Shown here: piece after piece, positions 1 through 8,767 of the stretch
Layout: each line of letters begins with the position of its first letter
Numbering within the stretch: the stretch's first letter is position 1
Source of the DNA: Verrucomicrobiales bacterium
GTDB lineage: Bacteria; Verrucomicrobiota; Verrucomicrobiia; Verrucomicrobiales; SLCJ01
DNA: 15,070 bases
Assembly: GCA_046075565.1 (NCBI GenBank)
Contig: JBJTQJ010000120.1
Coordinates: 1-15,070, forward strand
Direction: 5' to 3'
Notes under the pieces: generated by a model
Seen by the model: the letters and a program-made list of their open reading frames with translations, nothing else
Databases searched by the model: none
What the model was told of the DNA's origin: nothing
Made by a program: the position numbers and the translations under genes

Positions 1-142
1 AGAGCGTGGGGTGGATCTGATGCTGGTCGCAGATGGCCGAGATCGGCTGGCCGTCAACCAGATGGAGTTTGAGCAGCCGGACTTTCTCCTCGGCGGAGTA
101 TTGGCGGCGGGTGCGGGTGGTCTTTTCGTCTTTCGGATTCAT
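1..142 (-). CDS. IS3-family transposase OrfA, N-terminal HTH (partial, runs off the window)
   Basis: Manual translation from the ATG at 142: MNPKDEKTTRTRRQYSAEEKVRLLKLHLVDGQPISAICDQHQIHPTL. This fits the HTH_Tnp_1 pattern RRxYSxEEK...xxSxICxxxxIxP. Not in the ORF track. Confidence 0.85.
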   Translation of the reverse strand, partial: MNPKDEKTTRTRRQYSAEEKVRLLKLHLVDGQPISAICDQHQIHPTL

Positions 143-212
143 GGTCGGGTCTGTTGCCCGGCCATAGCTTACATCACAGTGTCAATTCGGACATTCCGTC
201 GGGGGCGGGACA
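1..212 (-). mobile_element. Left end of an IS3-family-like insertion sequence (continues beyond the window start)
   Basis: The - strand read from 212 gives TGTCCCGCCCCCGACGGAATGTCC..., a 5'-TG terminus as expected for IS3-family IRL, 70 nt upstream of a transposase orfA start. The partner IR is outside the window, so the boundary is inferred. Confidence 0.7.
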
Positions 213-832
213 GTCTGAGTAGCGGGGCATCGGGGCTGCCCGACAGCAAATGGAATGAATCATGGTTAGATTACGTTCGCCATGCGCGTCGGTTGAAGAT
301 GTTGGACGACGGTAGCCTGGCGCCTCCGTTTGCTACGAGTGTTGGCGACTTCTATGGATTTATGCACGATAGGGGTTACTCCTTTTTTCACTGTTATGCA
401 CCCGAAAGGGATCTCTATTTTACGGTCTACTCCCGGCAACTGACGCCCGAACATATCAAAGATTTCGAAGCAATTTTATCGAGGGAAGAACTTCGGCTTG
501 CCGAATATATTGAAGCGGCCCGCGTCGCCGTCCGTAGGGAAATTCAGGCCAAATTGACAGGTGCGCGCTTTGCCGGTCTTGAGGTCGACTATGGTGATAA
601 TTTTGACGATCCGCGTCATGTTTACGTGGTTCTTAACGTGACTCACGAACCGGTGCCCGGCTATACGACTTGCGACTGCTTCAAGGTTGCTCTTCCGGCG
701 CAGCCCGGCGGTTTCCCCGGGAGTGACTCTCAAGGAGCCGACCATTCCTTCAAAATAGCCGGGCACAGTCGGCAAGGCGAGGCTCTGGGCAAACACTGGA
801 ACCTGTCCATTCGACAACTCCGGGCAGTCTGA
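213..832 (+). CDS. Hypothetical protein; possibly the 3' remnant of a gene interrupted by the IS (alternative start ATG 299, 177 aa)
   Basis: The frame is open from the IS boundary to TGA 832 and has globular-looking composition. No family recognised. The first ~67 aa of the listed 11..832 ORF are IS sequence. Confidence 0.5.
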
Positions 833-894
833 TGATGTGTGTCCCGCGTAATTTGCCGAGGATACCCACCGGCAAACGTCTCCGGTGAATGATT

Positions 895-922
895 TTGCCA
901 GCAAGCTTCGATATGATAAACT
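895..922 (+). promoter_or_regulatory. Putative sigma70 promoter of the protease gene (leaderless)
   Basis: TTGCCA (895-900), N16, TAAACT (917-922) with an extended TGn; 6 nt before ATG 929. Confidence 0.5.
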
Positions 923-928
923 TTACCG

Positions 929-2236
929 ATGAAAGGCTCTTGCATGTTTAGATTCGCCTGGGCGATTGGCCTCGCCATGGCACCGCAGGCGATGGGCGTC
1001 ATCGTCGGCGGCCCGAACGGGGATGGCCTCGGAAATGCGTCGGTGAGTGCCTTGCAAACCCATCTAGCTGGACAGGCACTTCCTGCGTTTCCGTTCTGGG
1101 ACAATCTCTTGCGTGTTTCAGACTCCAGCGGAGTCTACCTGGGTCGAAACGCCTCCACTGGCAGAGGCTGGGTGATAACAGCCGCCCACGTGACGACCTT
1201 GGCGGTCGGGAGTGGAACGGTGACTGTGGCGGGTCAGGCCTACACTGTGCGGGAAAGTCACATCATCAAACATCCGAACGCCAGTGGCACAGCGAACACC
1301 GACATTCGGCTGTATGGCATCGGCGGAAACATCGGAGATCCGGTCCTGCCCTCACTGCCAGCAGTGCCTATTCTGCAAAGCGCGGTGGTTGAAGGTGATG
1401 CGCTCGTTTTAACCGGTCGAGGACGTCGGCAGCAGTTGCCCTCCGAAGACATTACGGTTCCCTACGATTGGGACGGTGCTGCCGACGAGGCCAATCAACT
1501 CACCCGGCAAATGCGTTGGGGATCAAACCACGTTGGAATCTACACGCCGGCTGGGTCGGTATTATTTCCAGTAGCGTTTCCTGGACCACACGGAGTCACT
1601 TACTTCGCCAGCGTCTTCGATGACCCGAGCTTGGGTGGAACGGCCTTTGAAGGGCAGGTCGCCTTGTTAGACTCTGGCGGCGGATCATTCGTGAGACGCG
1701 GAGCCGCTTGGTTTCTTGCCGGGACGAACTCTTTGGTGGCTGATGGTCCGGATCCCGACAGTATCGCCAACCCCTGTGGCTACGGTGACTTCTCGATCAT
1801 GGCACATCTTCCCAGCTATCGCTTACAGATCGAAACGATCACCGGAGCCTTGGTGCCCAGATCCGCCGACCCGCTCGCTGACCTTGATGGGGATGGTATT
1901 TCCAATCTCATGGAATACGCCCTCAATCTTGATCCGCTGACCAACCAACAGGTGATCATGACACCCGATACCGGTCTCAGTGGTTTGCCGGTCATTCGCC
2001 TGGAAACGATTTCTGGAAGCAAGCGACTTACCATCGAATTTGTGCGACGGACTACGGCAAGTGGCGCTGGACTGGACTATACCCCTCAGTTTTCCTCGGG
2101 ACTGGATGACTGGTTTGCTGTTGGAACGGAAACGGTTACCTCCATCGACTCCCGTTGGGATCGTGTGAAGGTCGTCGACGTGCTGACAACAAACGATACC
2201 TCGAGGCGATTTGCCCGGTGCAAAGTGGAAGAATGA
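929..2236 (+). CDS. Secreted trypsin-like (S1/PA clan) serine protease with a verrucomicrobial C-terminal beta-rich domain
   Basis: Signal peptide; triad motifs WVITAAHV (His), TDIRLY (Asp) and LLDSGGG (Ser); C-terminal DLDGDGISNLMEYAL...RRFARCKVEE module. Confidence 0.85.
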   Translation: MKGSCMFRFAWAIGLAMAPQAMGVIVGGPNGDGLGNASVSALQTHLAGQALPAFPFWDNLLRVSDSSGVYLGRNASTGRGWVITAAHVTTLAVGSGTVTVAGQAYTVRESHIIKHPNASGTANTDIRLYGIGGNIGDPVLPSLPAVPILQSAVVEGDALVLTGRGRRQQLPSEDITVPYDWDGAADEANQLTRQMRWGSNHVGIYTPAGSVLFPVAFPGPHGVTYFASVFDDPSLGGTAFEGQVALLDSGGGSFVRRGAAWFLAGTNSLVADGPDPDSIANPCGYGDFSIMAHLPSYRLQIETITGALVPRSADPLADLDGDGISNLMEYALNLDPLTNQQVIMTPDTGLSGLPVIRLETISGSKRLTIEFVRRTTASGAGLDYTPQFSSGLDDWFAVGTETVTSIDSRWDRVKVVDVLTTNDTSRRFARCKVEE

Positions 2237-2269
2237 ATATTGACGTATGCGGCGGGTGAGATACTCGAG

Positions 2270-3016
2270 CTACTTCGCTTTAGCGGCGGCGTCGCGGGCG
2301 GCTTTGATTGCTTCCATGGATTCGGGGGAGAGTTTATCGAGCGGATAGACGGTTCGTTGGCCGTTGGGAAGAAGGAACGTCACGTTCTTGTCGTCCGCCG
2401 ATTGCACGGCCGCAGTGATTTCACGCCCATCGGCATTTTTCCAACCGCGGGATTCAAGGAGATTGCGCGGGCGGTCATTCAGCAAAGACGGTCGCTCGGA
2501 GTCTCCACCGGGCTTCTTCAATTTCTCCAGGGCCTTCTTCACGGTTTCTTTGAACCGCGGGTCATCGGAGTTTCCGTCGTAGATGCATTCACCCTCCTCA
2601 TCGAAGACGAAGACGTGGTTCGTCTCAACCTCCTCGGGTGGCCCCTGCGCCTTATCGGTGATGCTGTATCCGACTTTGTTTTTCTCCATCAAAGCCTTGA
2701 TGATGACTTTATCGGCGCCTGTTTTCTCGGCGCCGATGATCACAAGACCTAATGCGCGGTTTTCATTGTCCAGTTGCGCCATCTGGGGTAGCAGGGCCTC
2801 GCACTTCGGTGATCCAACAGCCCAGTAGTGGATTGCCACCACCTTGCCTTTCAGTCCTCTCGTCGTGATTTTCTCTCCGAACAAAGTGTCTCCGAATTCC
2901 CAATCTTTGAGCACCAACCGGAAGACGTCATCTTTGTCCACGACGATAGGCTCGGCGGTTGCAAGGCCGGCCAGCGCGAGGACCAGGAAGAGAAACGAGC
3001 GATGATGTCTTGCCAT
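2270..3016 (-). CDS. Exported TlpA/redoxin-like thioredoxin-fold protein (SxxC) with a C-terminal SHD1-like domain
   Basis: Signal peptide MARHHRSFLFLVLALAGLATA; LKGKVVAIHYWAVGSPKC redoxin signature; VFVFDEEGECIY; C-terminal SRGWKNADGREITA...YPLDKLSPES typical of SHD1. Start moved from 3202 to 3016. Confidence 0.8.
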   Translation of the reverse strand: MARHHRSFLFLVLALAGLATAEPIVVDKDDVFRLVLKDWEFGDTLFGEKITTRGLKGKVVAIHYWAVGSPKCEALLPQMAQLDNENRALGLVIIGAEKTGADKVIIKALMEKNKVGYSITDKAQGPPEEVETNHVFVFDEEGECIYDGNSDDPRFKETVKKALEKLKKPGGDSERPSLLNDRPRNLLESRGWKNADGREITAAVQSADDKNVTFLLPNGQRTVYPLDKLSPESMEAIKAARDAAAKAK

Positions 3017-3025
3017 GTCGAAACG

Positions 3026-3057
3026 AAGGTAACAGCCTTGACGAGGTATCGTCAAGG
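3026..3057 (-). promoter_or_regulatory. Putative promoter of the redoxin gene overlapped by a perfect 9-4-9 inverted repeat
   Basis: On the - strand TTGACG (3055-3050), N18, TACCTT (3031-3026) with TGn. Palindrome CCTTGACGA-GGTA-TCGTCAAGG at 3036-3057. Confidence 0.55.
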
Positions 3058-3405
3058 ATCCGTCCTTTCGGTTTCTTTGGTCCTGCCCGAACATGGTCTC
3101 CCTGGCGGCCGTCCAAAGGTAAAATCCCAGAAGCCGCAGTTTATTCTTCATCCCTTGTTCGTTGGCCGGAGCGGAGGCGAAAAAAGAATGTTGGCAAATC
3201 ACGGCAAAAATCTCAACTCGAATCCTCGATTACACTGGATATCCAACTTTTCCCCTATGGTTGAAGGAGAAGTAGAGGGAGACGGGAGGATTTGTTTTGG
3301 ATTTGTAGCGGCGTGTCCATGACCGACGCTATGTTTTTGGTATCGGCCCGCCAAGAGCACCATCATCGAATGAAACTCCCGTCCGGCCGGGCACGTTTTG
3401 TTCTC

Positions 3406-4377
3406 ATGCGTTTCCCCATCTTTGCCGTTGCTTCAATGATCTTCGCCACCGCGGCCAGTGCGGCCGAACCGGAGGCCCCATCCATCGAGCGGTTGGACCC
3501 AGCCCTCGACGAGTTGATCGAGCCCGGGACGACCGTCCGCGATCTCGGCGGGAAATTCCGTTGGGCCGAAGGACCGGTCTGGCAGCCCAAGACCGGAGAG
3601 CTGCTCTTCTCCGATGTTCCGGAGAATGTGATCCATGTGTGGAATCCGGAACACGGTTACCGCGAATACATGCGCCCGTCGGGAACAGCGGTTGCCGCTC
3701 CCGACTCGCGATCCGCCGGTTCGAACGGCCTTGCCTTCGATAAGGACGGCCATCTTTTGATCTGCGAACACGGAGACCGCCGCATCACCCGATTCGTCGC
3801 GGGTCAAGGGAAACAGGTCGTGGCCAATCGCTGGGACGGCAAACGCTTCAATAGCCCCAATGACCTCGTCGTGCATTCCAGCGGGGCCATTTATTTCACC
3901 GATCCGATCTACGGGCTCAAGGATGAGAATGATCCCACTCGCGAGATCGATTTTTGCGGTATTTTCCGGGTCGTGCCGGAAGGCCGGGTGGACTTGCTCG
4001 CCCGCGATCTCGAACGCCCGAATGGCATTGGTCTCTCGCCCGATGAAAAGACCCTCTATGTCGCCAACTCCCATCGTCCCCGTCCGATCATCATGGCGTA
4101 TCCGCTCGACGAAAAAGGTCTGGCCGGTGAGGGACGAGTCTTCTTCGATGCCAGTTCCCTCGAAGGAAAAGGTTCACAGGATGGATTGAAAGTCGATGCC
4201 AAGGGTAATGTCTGGGCGACCGGTCCGGGCGGTCTTCTCATCATCAATCCGGAAGGCAAATTGCTCGGGCGTGTGCTCGCCGGCCGCTCCGCCGCCAATA
4301 TCGGTTTCGGAGGAGCCGACGGGAAGGATGTGTTTCTCACCGCCACCGATCGCTTGCTGGTTTTCCGCAGGAAGTGA
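3406..4377 (+). CDS. SMP-30/gluconolactonase/LRE family protein (secreted beta-propeller lactonase)
   Basis: Signal peptide from M3406; motifs WAEGPVW, LLFSDVP, GSNGL, RFNSPNDL, IYFTDP, RPNGIGLSPDEKTLYV and DGLKVD. Confidence 0.95.
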   Translation: MRFPIFAVASMIFATAASAAEPEAPSIERLDPALDELIEPGTTVRDLGGKFRWAEGPVWQPKTGELLFSDVPENVIHVWNPEHGYREYMRPSGTAVAAPDSRSAGSNGLAFDKDGHLLICEHGDRRITRFVAGQGKQVVANRWDGKRFNSPNDLVVHSSGAIYFTDPIYGLKDENDPTREIDFCGIFRVVPEGRVDLLARDLERPNGIGLSPDEKTLYVANSHRPRPIIMAYPLDEKGLAGEGRVFFDASSLEGKGSQDGLKVDAKGNVWATGPGGLLIINPEGKLLGRVLAGRSAANIGFGGADGKDVFLTATDRLLVFRRK

Positions 4378-4466
4378 CCGCCAACACCTGTCATTAAACC
4401 CCTCCCGCTCGCTCGCGCTTGCGAGAACCTTGCCATACCGGAAAAACTCGCCAACTTTGCCACTCG

Positions 4467-5348
4467 ATGGGCCTGCAAGATCGAGATTATATCAAGGAAA
4501 AACAAAGCGGTGGCCTCCGGGGTCCACGAACGCTCACGGGCTGGTTGCTGCTGGCAAATGTCGTTATCGCCATCTTCGCGTGGGCGATTGCGGATCGGGG
4601 CGGGGTTCCCCTGCTTCACGCCTTGGGCAACTTCAACGTGGCCGAGGGGTTGCTGCGTTTTCAGATCTGGCGGCTGGTGAGTTATTCTTTCTTGCACGCG
4701 GATCTGCTGCATCTGATTTTCAACATGATGCTGCTCTGGTTTTGCGGACCATTGATCGAACGCGAACTCGGTGGGCGACGGATCCTTACATTCTGGGTTT
4801 TCTGCGCCACGGCCGGGGCATTGACCATGGCTGTCGTTTCATCGATCCCGGGTTTGTTGCCTTTCGGCATCCAAACACCGATGGTCGGGGCGTCGGCCGC
4901 CATCTACGGGATGCTTGCCGGTCTCGCCGCTCGTCTTCCCGGCATGCGGGTGCGCCTCTTTTTTCCGCCGGTGGAATTGACCATGCGGGCGCTTGCCGCC
5001 ATCAGCATCGGATTGAGTTTCCTGATGATGGTGTCGAGTTCCCGCAATATCGGCGGTGAAGCCAGTCATCTTGGAGGAGCCCTCGCCGGTTACTTCCTCG
5101 CGATGCGGCCATGGATGCTCGACCTGCCGAATTTCCTGCGCCCACGTCTGCGATTGCGCGCGATGGATGGTGGCAAATCCAAGGCTTCGCGTCACGGTGA
5201 TGGCACTTCGTCGGCGCCCGGGAAAAAGACCACGCCCACCCGCGACGAGATCGACCGCGTGCTCGACAAAATCGCCAGCCATGGGCTGCAGAGCCTGACC
5301 GCCGCCGAACGTCGCATCCTCGAAGCGGCGCGCGAAGACCTGAAATAG
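4467..5348 (+). CDS. Rhomboid family intramembrane serine protease with a C-terminal DUF6576-like tail
   Basis: MGLQDRDY N-terminus, QIWRLVSYSFLH, HLIFNM, catalytic GASAA and SHLGGA; tail EIDRVLDKIASHGLQSLTAAERRIL. Confidence 0.93.
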   Translation: MGLQDRDYIKEKQSGGLRGPRTLTGWLLLANVVIAIFAWAIADRGGVPLLHALGNFNVAEGLLRFQIWRLVSYSFLHADLLHLIFNMMLLWFCGPLIERELGGRRILTFWVFCATAGALTMAVVSSIPGLLPFGIQTPMVGASAAIYGMLAGLAARLPGMRVRLFFPPVELTMRALAAISIGLSFLMMVSSSRNIGGEASHLGGALAGYFLAMRPWMLDLPNFLRPRLRLRAMDGGKSKASRHGDGTSSAPGKKTTPTRDEIDRVLDKIASHGLQSLTAAERRILEAAREDLK

Positions 5349-5418
5349 TTGGGTTCACCAGGCGTCCTAGCGGCAAATCCGTTTGCTTTCCTTCCGGGTT
5401 GACGCACGATCCTCCGGC

Positions 5419-6879
5419 ATGTCGTCCGCATCCATTCCGACCACCGGCAAGGATCAACGTTCCGCCCTCGGGTGGATCGTGGGCTGTCTGGTGACCGGAC
5501 TCGCCCTCATTGCTCTCTACCCGGACAGCTACCAGCAGGATGGAGGATTCCATTTCGTCTATGCCCGGTGGGCATGGAAACATCCCGATCTGTTCATAGG
5601 TGTTTGGCAACGGCCGCTCTTCAGTGTGTTTCACGCCATTCCGGCTCTCGGAGGATATGAGGTTTCCCGGTTTTGGGCGGCGATCATCTCCACCGCCGGA
5701 GCGGCGATGTCGTGGCTCACCGCGCGCAAGCTGGGCATTGCCGGAAGCTGGCGGGCGATTCCGTTTTACCTGCTCCAACCAGCCCTTTTCCTGATGTGGA
5801 GTGACACCATGACGGAACCGCTTTTCGCCGCCGTTCTATCGGGCGCGCTGTTCGCCCATTATTCCGGACGCCGGATCCTCGGGGCCGTGCTCGCCTCCTT
5901 GTGTATCGGAGCGCGTCCGGAGGGAGCATTTGTCGCGCTCGTCTGGGGGCTCATGATGCTGGGAAGCCCGAACATCGGAAAAAACATTTTCACGCGCGGG
6001 CTGTGGAGCCTTGTTCTCGCCACCGGTCTGATCTCGTGGGTTGTCGCAGCCTGGATGATCAGTGGCGATCCGCTTTACATCAAGAACAACTGGCCGCCGG
6101 ATTGGAAGGCCGACGGCGCGGCTTACGGAAGAGGCCCGGTCTGGGAGTATGTGGTGCGTTTCGCGGAGATCGCCGGTCCATTGTTGATGATCCCGGTGGT
6201 GATCGGGCTCTGGTATGTGGTCAGGACTCCCGGATGGAGACTGATCGCGGCTTTGTTCCTGTTCACCTTTGCCGTGCACACCCTCATGAGAATGATCGGG
6301 GCCTTTGGCGCGGCCGGCTACGCGCGCTATTTTTCCGCATTCGCCCCCTGTCTCGCCATCGCCGGATGTGTGGGCTGGAACCATTTGGCGGATCGCCTGC
6401 CAAAAGTCTTCAATGGCAAAGTCTGGGTCGCGGTGGTGGTTTTCTCTTTTCTCAGCAACTGGTGGTTCGTCGATGGAGCAGCATGGAACCGCGATGCTCG
6501 AGCGGTTTACCAAATGAAGGACCATTTCGACGCGCATTACTCCGGACTTACCGTCAACCGCTTCATCTACAGCCAGGCCGCCATGAATATCGCATGGGAT
6601 CGTGATCCATGGGAAAGACCCGAGCTTCCCTTCGGCGACAAAGAAACTTCACTTCAGCAACTTCGCGATCTGCCTGCGGGAACCCTCGCTTGCTGGGATG
6701 AATTCACCGGTATCGCGCTCAAAAACATTTCGGCGGAGGACTTGCAAACCGTCGGCTTCCAACTGCTGCATAAACAAGAACACGTTCTGCATGGATGGTT
6801 CCCCGGCTACGGGCTCTTCGGTTGGGGCGGCCCGCGCCAACAGACCATGTATTTGCTCTACAAGGGCGAGGTCAAATAA
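5419..6879 (+). CDS. Polytopic membrane protein, probable GT-C fold glycosyltransferase (ArnT/PMT-like)
   Basis: Many hydrophobic helices; acidic residue in the first external loop (QQDGGFH); MTEPLFA, ARPEG and ARYF motifs; soluble C-terminal domain. Confidence 0.7.
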   Translation: MSSASIPTTGKDQRSALGWIVGCLVTGLALIALYPDSYQQDGGFHFVYARWAWKHPDLFIGVWQRPLFSVFHAIPALGGYEVSRFWAAIISTAGAAMSWLTARKLGIAGSWRAIPFYLLQPALFLMWSDTMTEPLFAAVLSGALFAHYSGRRILGAVLASLCIGARPEGAFVALVWGLMMLGSPNIGKNIFTRGLWSLVLATGLISWVVAAWMISGDPLYIKNNWPPDWKADGAAYGRGPVWEYVVRFAEIAGPLLMIPVVIGLWYVVRTPGWRLIAALFLFTFAVHTLMRMIGAFGAAGYARYFSAFAPCLAIAGCVGWNHLADRLPKVFNGKVWVAVVVFSFLSNWWFVDGAAWNRDARAVYQMKDHFDAHYSGLTVNRFIYSQAAMNIAWDRDPWERPELPFGDKETSLQQLRDLPAGTLACWDEFTGIALKNISAEDLQTVGFQLLHKQEHVLHGWFPGYGLFGWGGPRQQTMYLLYKGEVK

Positions 6880-6899
6880 GGAGCGTGGCGGCCGTGCCC

Positions 6900-6934
6900 A
6901 ATCGGAAATCCTCAATCCTCAATCTTCAATCCCC
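6900..6934 (+). repeat. Heptamer tandem repeat (AATCNNN x5)
   Basis: AATCGGA AATCCTC AATCCTC AATCTTC AATCCCC between two convergent stop codons. Confidence 0.8.
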
Positions 6935-6936
6935 TC

Positions 6937-7470
6937 TCACTTTCCCCACCGCCTCACGAAGGCCCGTAGCGTGCCTTCGTCTTCCGTCGTGGCGATGGGA
7001 AAGTCGAGCCCTTCGATGAGCCGCCAGTCGGGCAGGAAGGCGAGGATAGGTTTGCGGTAGGAACGGGCGAGTCGCACCTCCGAGCAGGTGCCCGCGCTGC
7101 CACCGAGAGCGATGATGGCTTTGCAGGCCAGCACATTGATATGGTTGCGTGAGAGTGTCGAAGTGCCGGTGATGCCGCTGAGCGGAAGATGGGTCGGAAT
7201 CGGGATCTCGATCCATGGGTTCGGATAACCGTCGGGAGCGAGCGCCGCGCCGTCCTCGACACTGCCGGGCAAGATGCCAATGCTGCGCCCGAGACGTTGC
7301 GGACCAACCGAAACAAACGCGCGCGCCACTTCGGCCATCGATCCCCCGCCACCTCCGGTCAACAAATGCACTCCTTCTTCGGCTAGCAGACGCCCGATGA
7401 TTCCGGCGCGCGCGACCTGGGGGTCGGAGCCGGAACCAATCACGCCGATGATGGGGAGGCGGGGAAACAT
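6937..7470 (-). CDS. LOG/SLOG superfamily Rossmann-fold protein (molybdenum cofactor carrier / TIGR00725-like)
   Basis: IIGVIGSG, LLTGGGGGSMAEV, SIGILPG, SRNHINVL and LGGSAGTCSEV motifs. Confidence 0.85.
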   Translation of the reverse strand: MFPRLPIIGVIGSGSDPQVARAGIIGRLLAEEGVHLLTGGGGGSMAEVARAFVSVGPQRLGRSIGILPGSVEDGAALAPDGYPNPWIEIPIPTHLPLSGITGTSTLSRNHINVLACKAIIALGGSAGTCSEVRLARSYRKPILAFLPDWRLIEGLDFPIATTEDEGTLRAFVRRWGK

Positions 7471-7477
7471 GGGAGGA

Positions 7478-8029
7478 TTACCAATTCACCGGCAGGTGTT
7501 GTTCCTGGCCGATGTTGTCGCGGTATTTCACATAGCCGCAGCGGCGGCCGAATTCATGCACGCGCATGGTGACCTTCACGTCGTAAGCGCAGTATTTGGC
7601 AATCTCGAGGAACTTGCCCTCGCGGAACCAGGCGATCGCTTGCAAACCCTCCGCCGTTTTGCCCACGCCGAGGGTGGTCATGGCCACGTCCTCGAGTTTC
7701 ATGCGTCGCCCCAGTGTCTTCTCGATCTCGAGCAAGAGATCAAGATTCCGGGTCTGCGAAGCGAGATCGAGGATGGTGTAGGCTTGGAGCACGCGGTAGT
7801 CGAAGTCGATGTGGTTGAAACCCACCACCAAATCAGCGCGCAGAAGTTGGCTGACCAGTTCATCGGCGTCCTTTTCTCCATAGATGCGGTATTCGCCCAG
7901 TTTCGTGCTGTAAGTGACCCCGATTGACATGCCCATGCGGTCCTTGTTGCCCCAACCGCCGACATCACCGGCCGAGCGCTGGGTCTCCAGATCAAAATAG
8001 ACAATGTCAGGGGCGGCGGAATCCATCAT
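7478..8029 (-). CDS. Stand-alone DEDDy 3'-5' exonuclease (RNase H-like, RNase_H_2/YprB-like)
   Basis: ExoI YFDLETQ, ExoII VGFNHIDFD, ExoIII YCAYDV. Start at 8029 or 8026 rather than 8305, which overlaps the upstream gene. Confidence 0.85.
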   Translation of the reverse strand: MMDSAAPDIVYFDLETQRSAGDVGGWGNKDRMGMSIGVTYSTKLGEYRIYGEKDADELVSQLLRADLVVGFNHIDFDYRVLQAYTILDLASQTRNLDLLLEIEKTLGRRMKLEDVAMTTLGVGKTAEGLQAIAWFREGKFLEIAKYCAYDVKVTMRVHEFGRRCGYVKYRDNIGQEQHLPVNW

Positions 8030-8087
8030 GTGCGAGCCGTTAGTGTAGCCCTGCTTCCGGCGCGTGCATTCCCAAGCTGAGAAAAAA

Positions 8088-8750
8088 TCATCCCGCGACC
8101 GGCGAAGCCAGCCAACCGAGGGCGAGCATACGTCCGGTGCAGCCTTTTTCCATGCGGTAGGAATAGAAACGGGCCAGGTCGCTGGCCGTGTCCAGCCGGC
8201 AGTCACGCTCGTTCTCCACTCCCACTTCGGCAAGCTGGGTGTGCAGCAAAGCCGGGATATCCACCTCGTAATGCGGCGGGCGAATGCAAGGACCAAAAAA
8301 CGCACGCAGGGCTCCCGGCTTGCATCCGGTGCGGGCCATCAATTTTTTTGCCGCTATCGCCGCGATGCCGCCTTCCGTGCCCTTGCGTCCGGCATGGACC
8401 ACCGAGATGGCGGAACCATCTTCGGTCCACAGCCAAACCGGACAACAATCGGCCACCGCGATGCCGATCACGAGTTGGCGGTTGCTGGTGAGCAAGCCAT
8501 CTACCACCGGAACCGGCTCGAAAGGATCGGTTTCCACTTCCTCGACCTCATTGCCGTGGGTCTGTTCGGCCGTCACGAGGGACAAACCGGCGGTCAGCGC
8601 TTCCACCCGAAGGCGGATCGGTTCATCCAACAACTCCATCGTTCGCGCTTTGTCCGTGCTCACCTCCACACCGGGCACACGGAGGGTGATGACCGCGCGG
8701 ATCGGCTCGCCCCGCAAAACGGGAAATTCCAACCAAGGGGCGGGGCTCAT
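8088..8750 (-). CDS. pgeF: YfiH/PgeF (laccase-domain, purine nucleoside phosphorylase-like) family protein
   Basis: EQTHG, ADCCPV, VHAGRKG, GPCI, FYSYR and TGRM motifs; His-Cys-His site intact. Start ATG 8750 or TTG 8765. Confidence 0.9.
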   Translation of the reverse strand: MSPAPWLEFPVLRGEPIRAVITLRVPGVEVSTDKARTMELLDEPIRLRVEALTAGLSLVTAEQTHGNEVEEVETDPFEPVPVVDGLLTSNRQLVIGIAVADCCPVWLWTEDGSAISVVHAGRKGTEGGIAAIAAKKLMARTGCKPGALRAFFGPCIRPPHYEVDIPALLHTQLAEVGVENERDCRLDTASDLARFYSYRMEKGCTGRMLALGWLASPVAG

Positions 8751-8767
8751 CGAACGACGAACCAATC

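Noticed and set aside
11-212. N-terminal part of ORF 11..832
   Set aside because: It is the antisense of the transposase and the IS end.
2801-2812. Selenocysteine recoding at the redoxin active site
   Set aside because: The codon is TCA (Ser), not TGA, and the frame is uninterrupted.
4467-6879. Rhomboid as a rhombosortase coupled to the GT-C enzyme
   Set aside because: No GlyGly-CTERM substrates are visible, and each gene seems to have its own promoter; adjacency alone is insufficient.
8030-8305. N-terminal extensions in the ORF track (this one, and likewise 3017-3202, 3292-3405, 4419-4466)
   Set aside because: They overlap other genes or promoter-like motifs and precede clear signal peptides or family N-termini.
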